Below are positions 49,621 through 61,400 of a stretch of DNA of 64,000 bases, in pieces. Made by a program: the position numbers and the translations under genes. Position 1 is the first letter of the stretch, and each line of letters begins with the position of its first letter. Source of the DNA: Mytilus trossulus (taxonomy: Eukaryota); NCBI RefSeq assembly GCF_036588685.1, contig NC_086380.1:46128001-46192000 (forward strand), read 5' to 3'. Below the pieces are notes generated by a model. It did not search any database and had not been told where the DNA came from. It saw only the letters and a program-made list of their open reading frames with translations.

Positions 49621-52600
49621 ATGAAGGATGCACCACAAATGCATACTATGGTTGCAGAAGAAAGGGGTCTGCTTCACATCCAATAAATCCAATTAGATCT
49701 GCTCGTTTGAAGAGCAAACATGGATTTACAATGAAATATGGAAGAGTTGAAGTTGAGGCCTTAATGCCAAAAGGAGATTGGATATTTGCTGGTGGGTAAC
49801 CAGATGTGATACTTCCTTTTTTTTCAAAATGGAAATTCAATTACAAAATATCTTTAATAAATATTCAAGTATTGATTACACAGAATTGCCACAATTGAAA
49901 AAAAAGTTATTTTTTTGGAAAACGGTCAAAATTAATCACAGCCAATAATCTTGCAATAAATATTAAAAGATGTGGTATGAGCGCCAATGAAACAAGTCTT
50001 CATCCAAGTCACAATTTGTTAGAGTAAAAAAAAAATCATTATAGGTAAAAGAACGGTCTTCAACACGGAGCCTTGGTTACAGGAAGCTATAAAGGACCCC
50101 AAATGAATAGTGTAGAGTCATTCAAACAGGAAAACCAACGGTCTAATCTGTATAGAAAAAAATGTATGGAAAACTCTAGAGAGAATCATTTCCCGCCAAA
50201 TTGCTTATACTATAAAACTAATACACAAACTCTTGGTTTATTTTTTTGATAGTTTTCATTATAAAACTGATGTACATATATTATTTTTTCTGAAAATAAT
50301 TCTTTGATTTGTTCATGTTTAGAAGAAGTTTACTTTATTTTAATTGCTTCCTTCCCCGACATATTTTCCGTATGCAAAGTGACCTCAGTGTGACCCATCG
50401 CGTAAAAATCCATTGATCACAATACGCATGGATGTTCTTAAAATAAACAATTATCTGATTGTACATGTTAAACACGTGCTCAATATCCATGCTTTTTTGT
50501 TGTTTGTTGACAAATAGGTGACAACGTCGGCTTCAAAACACGAACTTTAATTACCTGCCATATTTTCACAACAACACTGACCGAAAGAAAAATAATTGAC
50601 GATTATACGAAATTTATGCAAAAAAAATTGATAAAATCGTGTACAGAAGACTAAGTTTATGATGTTTGTATGCATTGGTTCAAGAATTTGAATAACATTA
50701 TTTTTCACCGGTCTCTCGTTTATTATGACTTTAACAAAGACGAAGTTACAACCACAGGCGATCACACTTAATTTATAAAGCATTCCACACGATAGTTGCA
50801 CATGTATATCATCAGATAAATGTTAGTTTTAGACAGGAAACATTATTTTAGAATATTTCCAATTAATGAAAACTGTAGGGTTTGAACAAATTAATTAAAA
50901 AATTATAAAAAGTAGAAATTTCTTAATTTATTCAATGTTAAGGTTTCTATTTGCCATATACATATATGTGTTCTTCCTTTTGCTCATTAATATTATTTCA
51001 TGTCATCTCTAAATAGGTATTAAATTGTTACCTGTGTCGAATACTTATGGAGATTGGCCAACGTCGGGAGAAATTGATATTGTTGAAACAAGAGGTAAGA
51101 ATTGGGCCAAATTTCAATGTTACCAAAAAAAAAATAGTATCATGCAAAATGTGTACTCAAACACGAACTAGAGGTTAACATTATCATAATTTAATTTGAT
51201 AATTCTTTGTAGATTGGTTACCCGCGATTTTCGATTACATTCGGCTTGTTAACCGTTTTTTTTTAATATAAATACTGTCAAAGCATTTTCGTCAGATGTT
51301 CTTTTCAAGAAATGTCATGAAAATACATTTCATTTAATTATGAAAAAAGTAAAATAAAAAAATAATCCTAGGAAAATTCAAAACAGAAAGTCCCTTATCA
51401 AATGGTAAAATCAAAAACGGAAACACATCAATCGAATGGATAGCAACTGTCATATTCCTGACTTAGTACAGACATTTTCTTACATAGAAAATGATGGATA
51501 AAACCTGGTTTTCTAGCTAGCTTGCTAAACCTCTCACTTGTATGAGTATCTTTACAAGAAAGCTCATTTACACTTATTTTATTGTAAAAGAGGGACGAAA
51601 GATACCAAAGGGACAGTCAAACTCATAAATCTAAAACAAACTGACAACGCCATGGCTAAAAATGAAAAAGACAAACAGAAAAACAATAGTACACATGAAA
51701 CATCACCCGTTGAGATGCTAAGTTATATCCAGGAAGAATAGTTTGAAAGGAATGATGATAAGTTATAGAAATTAAGGTTGAGACAGAACAACGAATGACT
51801 ATTATATTTTTATATATGTATAAAAAATATCAGTGTCGAAATTTTAGTGAGGCAATTGCCTCACTTGCCTCAAGGGTAGTTACGGCCAGTCAGTAAAAAC
51901 GGATTTTTTATAAGAATTTCATCTCTGGCTAATTGATAATTGATCGCTGTGACATTGTTTTGACAAGCAACATGTGATTCGGTAATTTAAGGTATCCCTA
52001 CATGAAAAAAACCAAGTGCAATCATGCCTTTATACAAAACGCATTAACAGAGTTGGCAATCCTTTAGTTTGTGCTAAAAATTGCAATTATATTATTGCAT
52101 GAATTATTTCTCATTTTTTATCTTTTCCATTGAATTCACACAACAACAAAAAAGAAAGCTTAAAATACTTGTAATAATATTTATCTTATTTTTTGGGGAA
52201 AAATAATGGTACTAGTATTTGATTTGTAGATTTTTAACATCAGAAACATTTGCTGACAGATTTCATAAATTTGCAGTGGAGTGGAACGAGCAAGAAATCA
52301 GGTATCAGAACGCTATAACTATATCTTGAGCAAAGAAATACACAGATGTATTATCAAATAACACACTTACGAGTTTAAAAGATCAACTCTAGAGAGTCTA
52401 TTAAAATTTAGTTGTATGTTGATTTAAAGCAAATGTTGACATTCTCTAAAGCATTTAAATTGGATCTAGCATTCTCTAAATGGTTTGGGTTTCTTATTTT
52501 ATTTGTATTTTTTAACATTAAATGCTCTGTTATTTTGGTAACCAAACTTCCACATGGTATACCGAAACGAAATTGATAGTTACGATTCCTTTACACGGTG

Positions 52601-55600
52601 TTGTTTGTGGATGCAATATGACATTTAATTCTATAGTTTTAGCGCGTCATATGTCTACACAGATAATACGTCCAAATCATCTAGTTAAATTTGTTATACC
52701 AAAACGAAATTGATATCCCAGGGGTTTGTTTTTCATACTTTTCTATGGATTTCGAATTGTGTTAAAGCATTAATTGGTGTGTAATGCAATAAATTCCAAG
52801 GTCTGACAGCATTCAATGTTTTCCTTCATTTTATACAATTAGACTCAACACAAATGGTATTAAAATGTATTCGAGAAACTAGAAATATGTTTCATTGTCA
52901 ATCATGCCATATCTTCTTTTGCTTAGATCCACTTCAATTTGATAGTTGTCTCATATGCAGTCATACCATATCTACCTATTTTAAAGATGACAATGAAGGC
53001 TGAAATTACTTTGTCGACTTGATTAGCGACACATTGACAAATGTGCAATTGTAAAGCTAAATGCCCATAACAATGTGATTTGCTATAATGTTTTAGGTTT
53101 GAAGTAGATGGTAAAGAGATTTTAAAAGTCCATCCAAATGAAAGAGGTTTTTGGAAAATTGGAGAATTCAACAAAACATACGGATTGACAAATCCATGGC
53201 AACAAACTTGTGGTGGCTCGAAAATGGCACCGTTGGACCAAGAGGTACAATTATAAATATTCATCGTTACCATGGTTGTGTTAAAAGTATAAGTATAAGT
53301 ACAGATCTACATCATATGTAACAAAGAAACACAAAAGGATATGTAGACAAAGCGCATTAGCAAAAATGAAAGACAAGTATATACAATTTTACTATAGCAC
53401 AATAACACAATGACTGGATGTATAAGAACAGAGGCACGTCATATGCAACAATACATTGTAGTCAATTGAATCGATTAGTTAGTTTTTGTCGAGCCTTCGA
53501 CTTTAGTCGAAAAAGCGAGACTAAGCGATCCTACATTCCGTCGTCGTCGTCGGCGGCGGCGTCCACAAATATTCACTCTGTGGTTAAAGTTTTTGAAATT
53601 TTAATAACTTTCTTAAACTATACTGGATTTCTACAAAACTTGGACAGAAGCTTGTTTATGATCATAAGATAGTATCAAGAAGTAAATTTTGTAAAAATAG
53701 AATTCCATTTTTTCCGTATTTTACTTATAAATGGACTTAGTTTTTTTCTGCAGGGAAACATAACATTCACTCTGTGGTTAAAGTTTTTAAAATTTCAATA
53801 ACTTTCTTAAACTATCCTGTGTCTGTACCAAACTTTGACAGAAGCTTATTGATTATCATAAGATAGTATCCAAAAGTAAATTTATAAAACGATAACTCCA
53901 TTTTTCTGTATTTTACTTTAAAATGGATTTTCTTCCAGTTAATATTACATACAGTCTGCAGTTAAAGTTTTCAAAACATTTATTAGATTCATTAACTATT
54001 CTAGATTTTTATCAAACTTGGAAAGAAGCTTCTGACAATCATAAGATAGCATCCAGAAGGATATTTTTATTGATTTTTTCCTCATTTTTGTTGAGCCTGC
54101 GATTTACAGCAAAAGTAGGCGAGACACTGGGTTCCGCGGAACCCTTACAAATTTTTTAAGAACATGTGTACCTTTCATTTTGGAAATTACTATGCAAATA
54201 TATTCTGACGTCAGGAGAATGTAGGGTTAAAGAACAAATGGTAATACAATCGCATATAGACGAAAAGCGCTTTTTGTATAAGCCAGTTATCTATAGTGAG
54301 TTTTAAAAAAAAGATATAACTGAATAATTACCTACATGTATATTATTTTCCCTGAATCAAGCGTTCAATCTTAGGAAAAAATATACTTTTGGCAGCAGTC
54401 ATGTTAGTCAAGAAAATGTGAAAGATGAAAAATAAATTTCGTAATCAGAGTAAACATTTATTGAAAAATGCCAAGTCCGGAATGTGACATTTGTTATCTC
54501 TTCGTTTGATGTTTGAGCTTTTGATTATGCCATTTGATCAATTTTCCACGGAGTTCAGTATCTTTGAGATTTTACTTTGCCTTGGACACTACGAAATACT
54601 ATCACTTAAAACACGTAGAATAGGTTGGACAACTGTTAACTTAAAAAATGTCTGGGACTCTGATAATAAATATTTATGGTTGGCCAATGTATCTTCAATT
54701 CTCATGCTCAGATAACCCAAAAAAAACCAAATTACTGGCTTTACTTTTCGCTTTGTAAAAGGAGCTGAACAGGTTTTGTCAATTGTTATTCATTGCACCT
54801 GTTTATATTGACATTAAAAGCAATGTGACAATAGCATCAATATTTGAATCGTTACCTTAAACCTTGATCCTGAGCTTAGAATAAGATTAAACGTTACATA
54901 TTTTAGAACCCAAAATACGCGTTTTGACAATCATGGATCTTCATTGATGCTCAGTTCCAAAATACTTTTAAACCCAAAACGTGATTACAAACGTTAAAAA
55001 GCTGATATAACCGAATAAGACAAAAGTATAGACAAAAAGTTAGAGCAATTCAGTTCTTTGTCTTATAATTGTAAATTTCCCAAAAAAAAGAAACAATATA
55101 CGTTTTCTGACATTTTTTTCAGTCTAGCTTATAAAATGATTAATTTTTAAACAATATTTTTTTACTAGGTATTATGTTTTTATACTTTAGATCGAAATTT
55201 GTATACTATTCATCTGACATAATAAACGGTTTTGTTGTTCCCGATTTCAAATTCACTGCTGAATACTTTATTTTCTGTATGACATGTATTTTTTTTTTCG
55301 TAATTGTTTCTTGTCAAGGCTGTAAAAATTGGCAAACACAAAAGATTTTACTGCTTTTTTTCCATTTAGTTTTATTTAGTGTTAGACGTAGGTGTGGGTG
55401 GATATCCACATTTTAAGGACGAATGGTTGAACTATCCGTATCCAAAACCTTGGCAGGATAGGTCAGACTACGCGACAAGAGATTTCTGGAGTGCAAAAGA
55501 TGTTTGGTATCCAACGTGGAATCAGAATCGAGATTTTGATGGTGATGAAGAGACAGCCATGAAAATTAACTATGTTAAAGTTTGGAAGATGAAACCTCAA

Positions 55601-55666
55601 CATGCAAACATTTATTTGAATGTATCTTCTATGACAACACTTTATAGATTACTCTTTATAAAATAA
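49621..55666 (+). CDS. GH16 beta-1,3-glucanase / beta-1,3-glucan-binding protein, partial; exons 49621-49791, 51017-51094, 52230-52301, 53097-53244, 55370-55666
   Basis: INPIRSARL, KYGRVEVEA.MPKGDW, YGDWPTSGEIDIVE (catalytic ExDxxE), FHKFAVEW, GFW, NPW...MAPLDQEFYLVLDVGVGG, KPW and INYVKVW; all exons AG/GT bounded. N-terminal exons and one internal exon were not found. Confidence 0.85.
53482..54156 (+). mobile_element. Helentron-like non-autonomous repeat in a GH16 intron
   Basis: TTTTTGTCGAGCC start repeated near the 3' end, (GTC)n(GGC)n tract, ~190-bp tandem units, 3' hairpin GGGTTCCGCGGAACCC. Confidence 0.65.
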
Positions 55667-56286
55667 TAATTATAAATATAGGGACTTTCAACTTCATTAG
55701 TAAATATAAAATGAAACTTTCATGTAAATATGATGTAAATGCATTGCATGTAGTCTTACTCAAATAACTTTTATATACTGATTTTCCTTCTGTCATGAGT
55801 ACTTAAAAGTGTCGCGTGCCTCGTTAGTTTAGAAAATTTGAAAACGTTTTACGCACGTTGGGCAATGTAGATGTATATAACTTTGTGTGTACTATATATA
55901 AAGGTTATAGAAATATTTGATTGTTTTTTTTGTTTACTGTGTATCCAAATCATTTGTTTAACTGTTCACACGGGAAACTGTATGAAAAAGTATTTGTAAC
56001 AAATGGACGAGTTTTTCAAGTGTAAATTTTTATACCTTGGACGGTGAATTTGTTTTGAGCATTTTAATTGTGTGAAAATATAACATTGTTTCAATGAAAA
56101 TAATGACACATTGTTCGTTAAGGTATATCTATATTTTTCACTTTTAACTTTTCTAGCTAATCAGAGACATATAAAACATATAAGAATACACATGATACGC
56201 AATATATACTAAACTACACATGAACATACTCATTTGTATTGGGGATAATTAAGATATTTGTATGATATCGGAATATGCCAATTCTG

Positions 56287-56571
56287 TCAATGAATATCAT
56301 TAATTTTATCATCAGGCTGGTCATCATCTGTGTGTTCATCATTCTTATGATGTTTATGATGTTTATCATGCTTATGGTGGTCTCTTTTACACACAAGAAC
56401 TGGAACAGGAGAATGATGTACACAATAGTCACTAACACTTCCAAGGAATGTACGTTTCACTTTGCCTAGACCACGTGTCCCTACCACAATCATATCAGCG
56501 TTTTCTTCAATGGCAGCTTCTATAATTGCCTCTCCTGGCTTTCCGCTCATCTGCTTCATCTTGCCAGTCAA
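56287..56571 (-). CDS. Universal stress protein (UspA-like), last exon, with His/Asp-rich tail
   Basis: CTTTAG acceptor; GKPGEAII...ADMIVVGTRGLGKVKRTFLGSVSDYCVHHSPVPVLV is the USP ATP-binding signature. Upstream exons were not seen in the window. Confidence 0.9.
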   Translation of the reverse strand: MTGKMKQMSGKPGEAIIEAAIEENADMIVVGTRGLGKVKRTFLGSVSDYCVHHSPVPVLVCKRDHHKHDKHHKHHKNDEHTDDDQPDDKINDIH

Positions 56572-58295
56572 CTAAAGAATTAACAGATATCAAAGTTTGA
56601 AAGCAAATAGATAAATAAGACATTGTGTTTTAATACAATATAATACCAGAAGTCATGTTAAACTTCAAATGTAAGTCTTTTAAATTAAACTACGGATAAA
56701 ACTTCCTAAAAAATATTTTGCTGTGCATATACTGAATTTTTGTATCAAGGATTGATACTCCTTAGTTCGTGTGTCTTTTCTATTCTATAATACTTTACTC
56801 AGTTAAATGCAATCCTCCCTGTAGTATCTGCCTTCTGTTGGTATTAATCATGGGAGTGGAATATGTATATTTCTTGCATGCAGGGGTAAATTTACCAATA
56901 AGACGTTCACTTTGCCTAGACCAAGTTTTGTAGATATGATTTCAATTTTAGCTGCATACATCACTGAATAATCATAAAAAAAATGTGGTTTGATTGCAAA
57001 TGGACACAACTCTCCAAAAGAGACCAAATGGCACAGAAATAACAATCATACCGCATAGTCAGCTTTAAAAGGCTCCGAAACGGCAAATGTAAAACTAGAA
57101 AACTAACGACCTAATCTATTAACAAAAATGAGCGAAACACAAATATGTAACGTATCAACAAACGACAAATACTAAATTACAGGCTCCTGACTTGGAACAG
57201 GCACATACATACAGAATGTGTCGGAGTTAAACATGTTAGCGGTATCTCAACCCTCCCATAACCTGGAACAGTGGTGTAACCGTGTAATCACTTTGTTTTA
57301 CATTAATCATGCTCCTCTGTCATGTCTGTCTGTCACTGTAACGGGAAATGTGGGTATTACACACAGTAGACATTCTGTTAAGTATAACAAGTAAATACGG
57401 ATCTTCTCAAGCGTTATGAAGATGGACATTTGCGTGCAGCACTTTCTTTACAAAATCGATCGCTTTTAACGTACTGACCAGATATGACCTAATATTCTTA
57501 CAAATGAGTGACTGCCGGGATTTTCAAGTCCAGGTTGACTATAGGCATTTACCTATTCAACCCTTAGGTTACATCACCTTTTTAAAACATCGACATACGG
57601 AATTTCTTACACTCGTGGAATTTTGAATAATTATTTTAACATACAAATCATTCATTCTGTATGCGTATCCTTAAATATTTAATATTGAGTAGTAGAGTCA
57701 AGAAGAAAATGTTATCCGATGTTGGAAAATAACATATTGCTGTAAAATATGTCTCGAACGCCATTCGGCATTCATTTCAGAGTAAAACGAGGTTCAAAGA
57801 ATGTTAACGACAGCAAAGCGAGTTTACATTACATATACGTCAAGGAATAACCGTAATGTACATTATTCTATAGAAGATTAAAGCTTGTATTGATCAGCTC
57901 GATAGATTACCTAAGGATAAACAACATGTAAAAATTCGGCTGTCGTTCCAAACTCTTAAGACTTTGTTGATTTATAACAACATTAGATTATATCAAATGA
58001 AGTAGCTTCTATTTTTGATAACCAACAGTAATGAACTTATGTTTTTTTGTTATTGATGTTTATATCTTTTACCTCAGATTGAAATCAAGTTTTATTGTTA
58101 ATCAAACATTATAGGTATACCATATGCTTAACTTCTGTAACTTCTGTTACTATAATAGTTCAAACAGATACATCATATTAAGATCCCGTGATAGAACGTA
58201 GTGTTTGATCATTTCACCCTGATCTTTTATTTATGAAAGTGGCGCTACTTCAGACGATGTAACTGAACATTAACATCCAGGGAATATTGTTTTAA

Positions 58296-58472
58296 TACCT
58301 TAGCTGTATTTGGCAAAACTTTTAGGGATTTTTGTTCCTCAATGCTCTTCGTACGTCATTTGGCCTATAAAATTGTTTTCTTCGATCGTTGCTGATGAGT
58401 CTTTTGTACAGACGAAACGCGAGTTTGGTGCAAATATAAAATTGCAATCCTGGTATCTATAATGAGTTTATT
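58296..58472 (+). ncRNA. Second retrozyme-type repeat with hammerhead core
   Basis: CTGATGA-GTCT(tttgtac)AGAC-GAAA-CGCGAG-TT at 58392-58425; same flanks as 31518-31702. Confidence 0.7.
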
Positions 58473-61400
58473 TGTAATGGCCTGACCACTAAGTATAACC
58501 GACGATTGGGCTCAAGCAGAAAAGACTATCAGGTGCTGATACTTTAATCAAGAGTCAATCTAACAAATGGTAAAAAGCTGAAAAACAAATAAAATACAAT
58601 TTTACAATGTGTTCAATTAATGTTATTATAACGAAATGTCAAAGGTAATTGATAGCACAGTCCGTTGAATGCAAGAAAATGTTGTACTTCAAGAACGGTT
58701 ACATTTCAAGTATTTCACGGAGAAAAGGTTCAAATATGTAGAGAGCAATTTGAACGGTTCAAATACAATGTTGTAGAATTTACTCACTCTGTTGTTAGCC
58801 ACGAATTGTGTCCAAGATGACGTCTCAACGAAATGTTCCTGGTGATCGTAATGACCTTGCAGTTTTCCTGTAACGGATACGTGAGAGTGAGGGAAAGGTA
58901 GCGACGGTATGATGTTTTAACGTTAAAGATGAGTAATCCTCCTAGACTGGAACACATAAACAGATTAAGAATATAATCAAACGAACTATATAAATTACGG
59001 AACGGTGTAACAGAATACTCCCCGTCTGATGTCTATCTGATATCACTATTCTATAAACTATTTGCGAATGAGAATAAGATCTAGATAAATGAATAAATCC
59101 CAATATAAATTGAATATATACAGATGAAATAACCACTATAGGTCGTGTGAGAAATATCACGTCTCAACTTACGACATTTCACTATAAAGTTTGCAGAATA
59201 GATTAATTCCACGGAAAACTGGGTTCGGCGCAGTTTCTTGTTCTTTGAAGAAGGATCTCTCTAATGCGGTTGCTGTGATTCGCAAAATGTTCCATAGTTG
59301 CTGTTGAGATAGTAGGAACTGTTTTCTCCAACGTTGTTAGACGGCGACGACGGTTGAAGGTGGTCCTCCGATGGGTATGACGAGAGCTAATACTTGATCC
59401 TATTCCAGTTTGGCGAAATGTCACATCTCTTTGAGTATCCAACGAAATTAAGCGTTTCGTTCTAACGTTCCATCTTGCTGATCCAGTTGTTCTATCTATG
59501 AAGTGGGGTCCTCTATGTTTGATTGTGTTGTAGTAATGTCCAAGAAAAGGTGTTACTTTCTGATGATGTCCAGATAAGACTACTGGTTCCTTTTCACTAA
59601 AATTCAAGTCAGATTTGGCAATTCTGCTTCCTCCTCGGAGTAGAGGTTGCTTGCTCAAAGGCATATTGATATTGGCAATAGGTTCTTCTATCGGAATATA
59701 TTTTTGAATGCTACTGATTTCCTCACCATGAACTTCAGGTCCTGTTGATTTCGGAATGAAGTTTTCTTTATCTATAGATTTTTCTATCGAGGTCAAAGAT
59801 TTTGCTTTTACTGACGCGAGTAATGTCCCTTTAGATGAATTAGTGCGTTTACCAGGCTTGGTACTAGGTCTTGTACATTCAAGGTATTGTATTGAATGCG
59901 ATTTTGCGACCTTGGCATTCGTTTGAAAGTTTTTGTCCTTAGACTGAACAACAATTGGATTATTGTCCTTGACGGCTATTTCCGGTCTTGAAGCAAGACG
60001 TTGTTTTGATTCCGTGATTGAAACGTTGGTTATCTTTGTGTTGACTTCAATAGGAACAGTTTGCTTGTCAATGTATGTATTTCCAATTATGACCCAACCA
60101 AGTCTCAACTTTTGGGCAAATGGAGTTCGGGATGGTCCTAGGCGTTGTTCAAGGACGTGGTGTGCCTCTATAAGGTCCCTTCCAATTAGGAGTAGAATTT
60201 GACAACGTTCCTCTAGTGGTGTAATGCTTCCTCTGAGTTCTGTCAGATGAGGATGATGCATTGCAACTTCAGGAGTAGGAATTTCGTCTCGATTATTGGG
60301 AATATTATTACATTCAATTAATGTAGGCAGATCAAACTGTACGTCACTATGTACAGATTTTATGACGAAATCTTTTCCTCTTTTCCCGGAAGTAGCTACT
60401 CTGCCGGAACATGTTGTAAGAGAGTAGTTTACAGGTTTCTCCCGAACGTTGAACAGACTGAAGAATTCAGGCGAGGCAAGAGACCGGTTGCTTTGGTCGT
60501 CAATAATGGCGTACATCCTGATAATTTTGTCTGTCTTGTCCTTGTGGTACACGTCGACAGGTAATATCTTAGCATACGACTTCTCGCTCTTATGATCTTT
60601 GTAGATCTCTGTGCAGATCGAACTCACAGAGGTTAACTTTGTTTCAGCTGACTCTGTCTGCTCCCCGCCGTAGACTTGTGTTAGCTCCCCGCCGTAGGCT
60701 TGTCTGGGTGAGCTAAACTGGGATTTTTCAGATTGTTGTGGTCTAGTGATGTGAAGTGCTGTGGTATGTCGTTCACTACCACACTCATTACAACTGATAC
60801 TTGCGTTGCAGTCCCGACTTCTGTGTGTGGTTGACTCACAACACTTGTAGCACACATTGTTTTGTCTTAACAGTTCCTTGCGTTCCTCGATTGGTTTGCC
60901 TCGGAATGCTCGGCATTCATTCAAGGTATGCTTTGTCTTGTGTAGGATACACAGATCTTGTTGTTGACTGCTGTCTTCAGTTTGCTGTTCAACAGCCGTC
61001 TTATGGACGTTGACTTTGGAGGACGTCTGAGGTGTGAACCTTGGCGTAGCGTCTTTTATATTTGATGTTGCTTTTGACCCAAAGATGAACCCAGGATCGT
61101 TCTTAATTTTGCTAATTTCCCTGATAAAGGCAGAGAATTCTGTGAAAGGTGGAAAGGCAACTTCATATTTAGACTTGAATCTTGAAGCCCTTGTAATCCA
61201 CTTTTCTTGGAGTCCGTATGGCAGTTTTTCCACAATAGGATTTATCCCGGACGAAGAGTCGAAATAAGCAAGCAAACATCCCAGCTTGGGATTTTCCTTG
61301 TGATATTCGATTTCCGATAGAATATCAGACAGTTCGTAGAGACGTGCGTTGTCCTTATTTGTTAAGGTAGGGAATTTTTCAAGTTTACTCTTGAGAGAGG

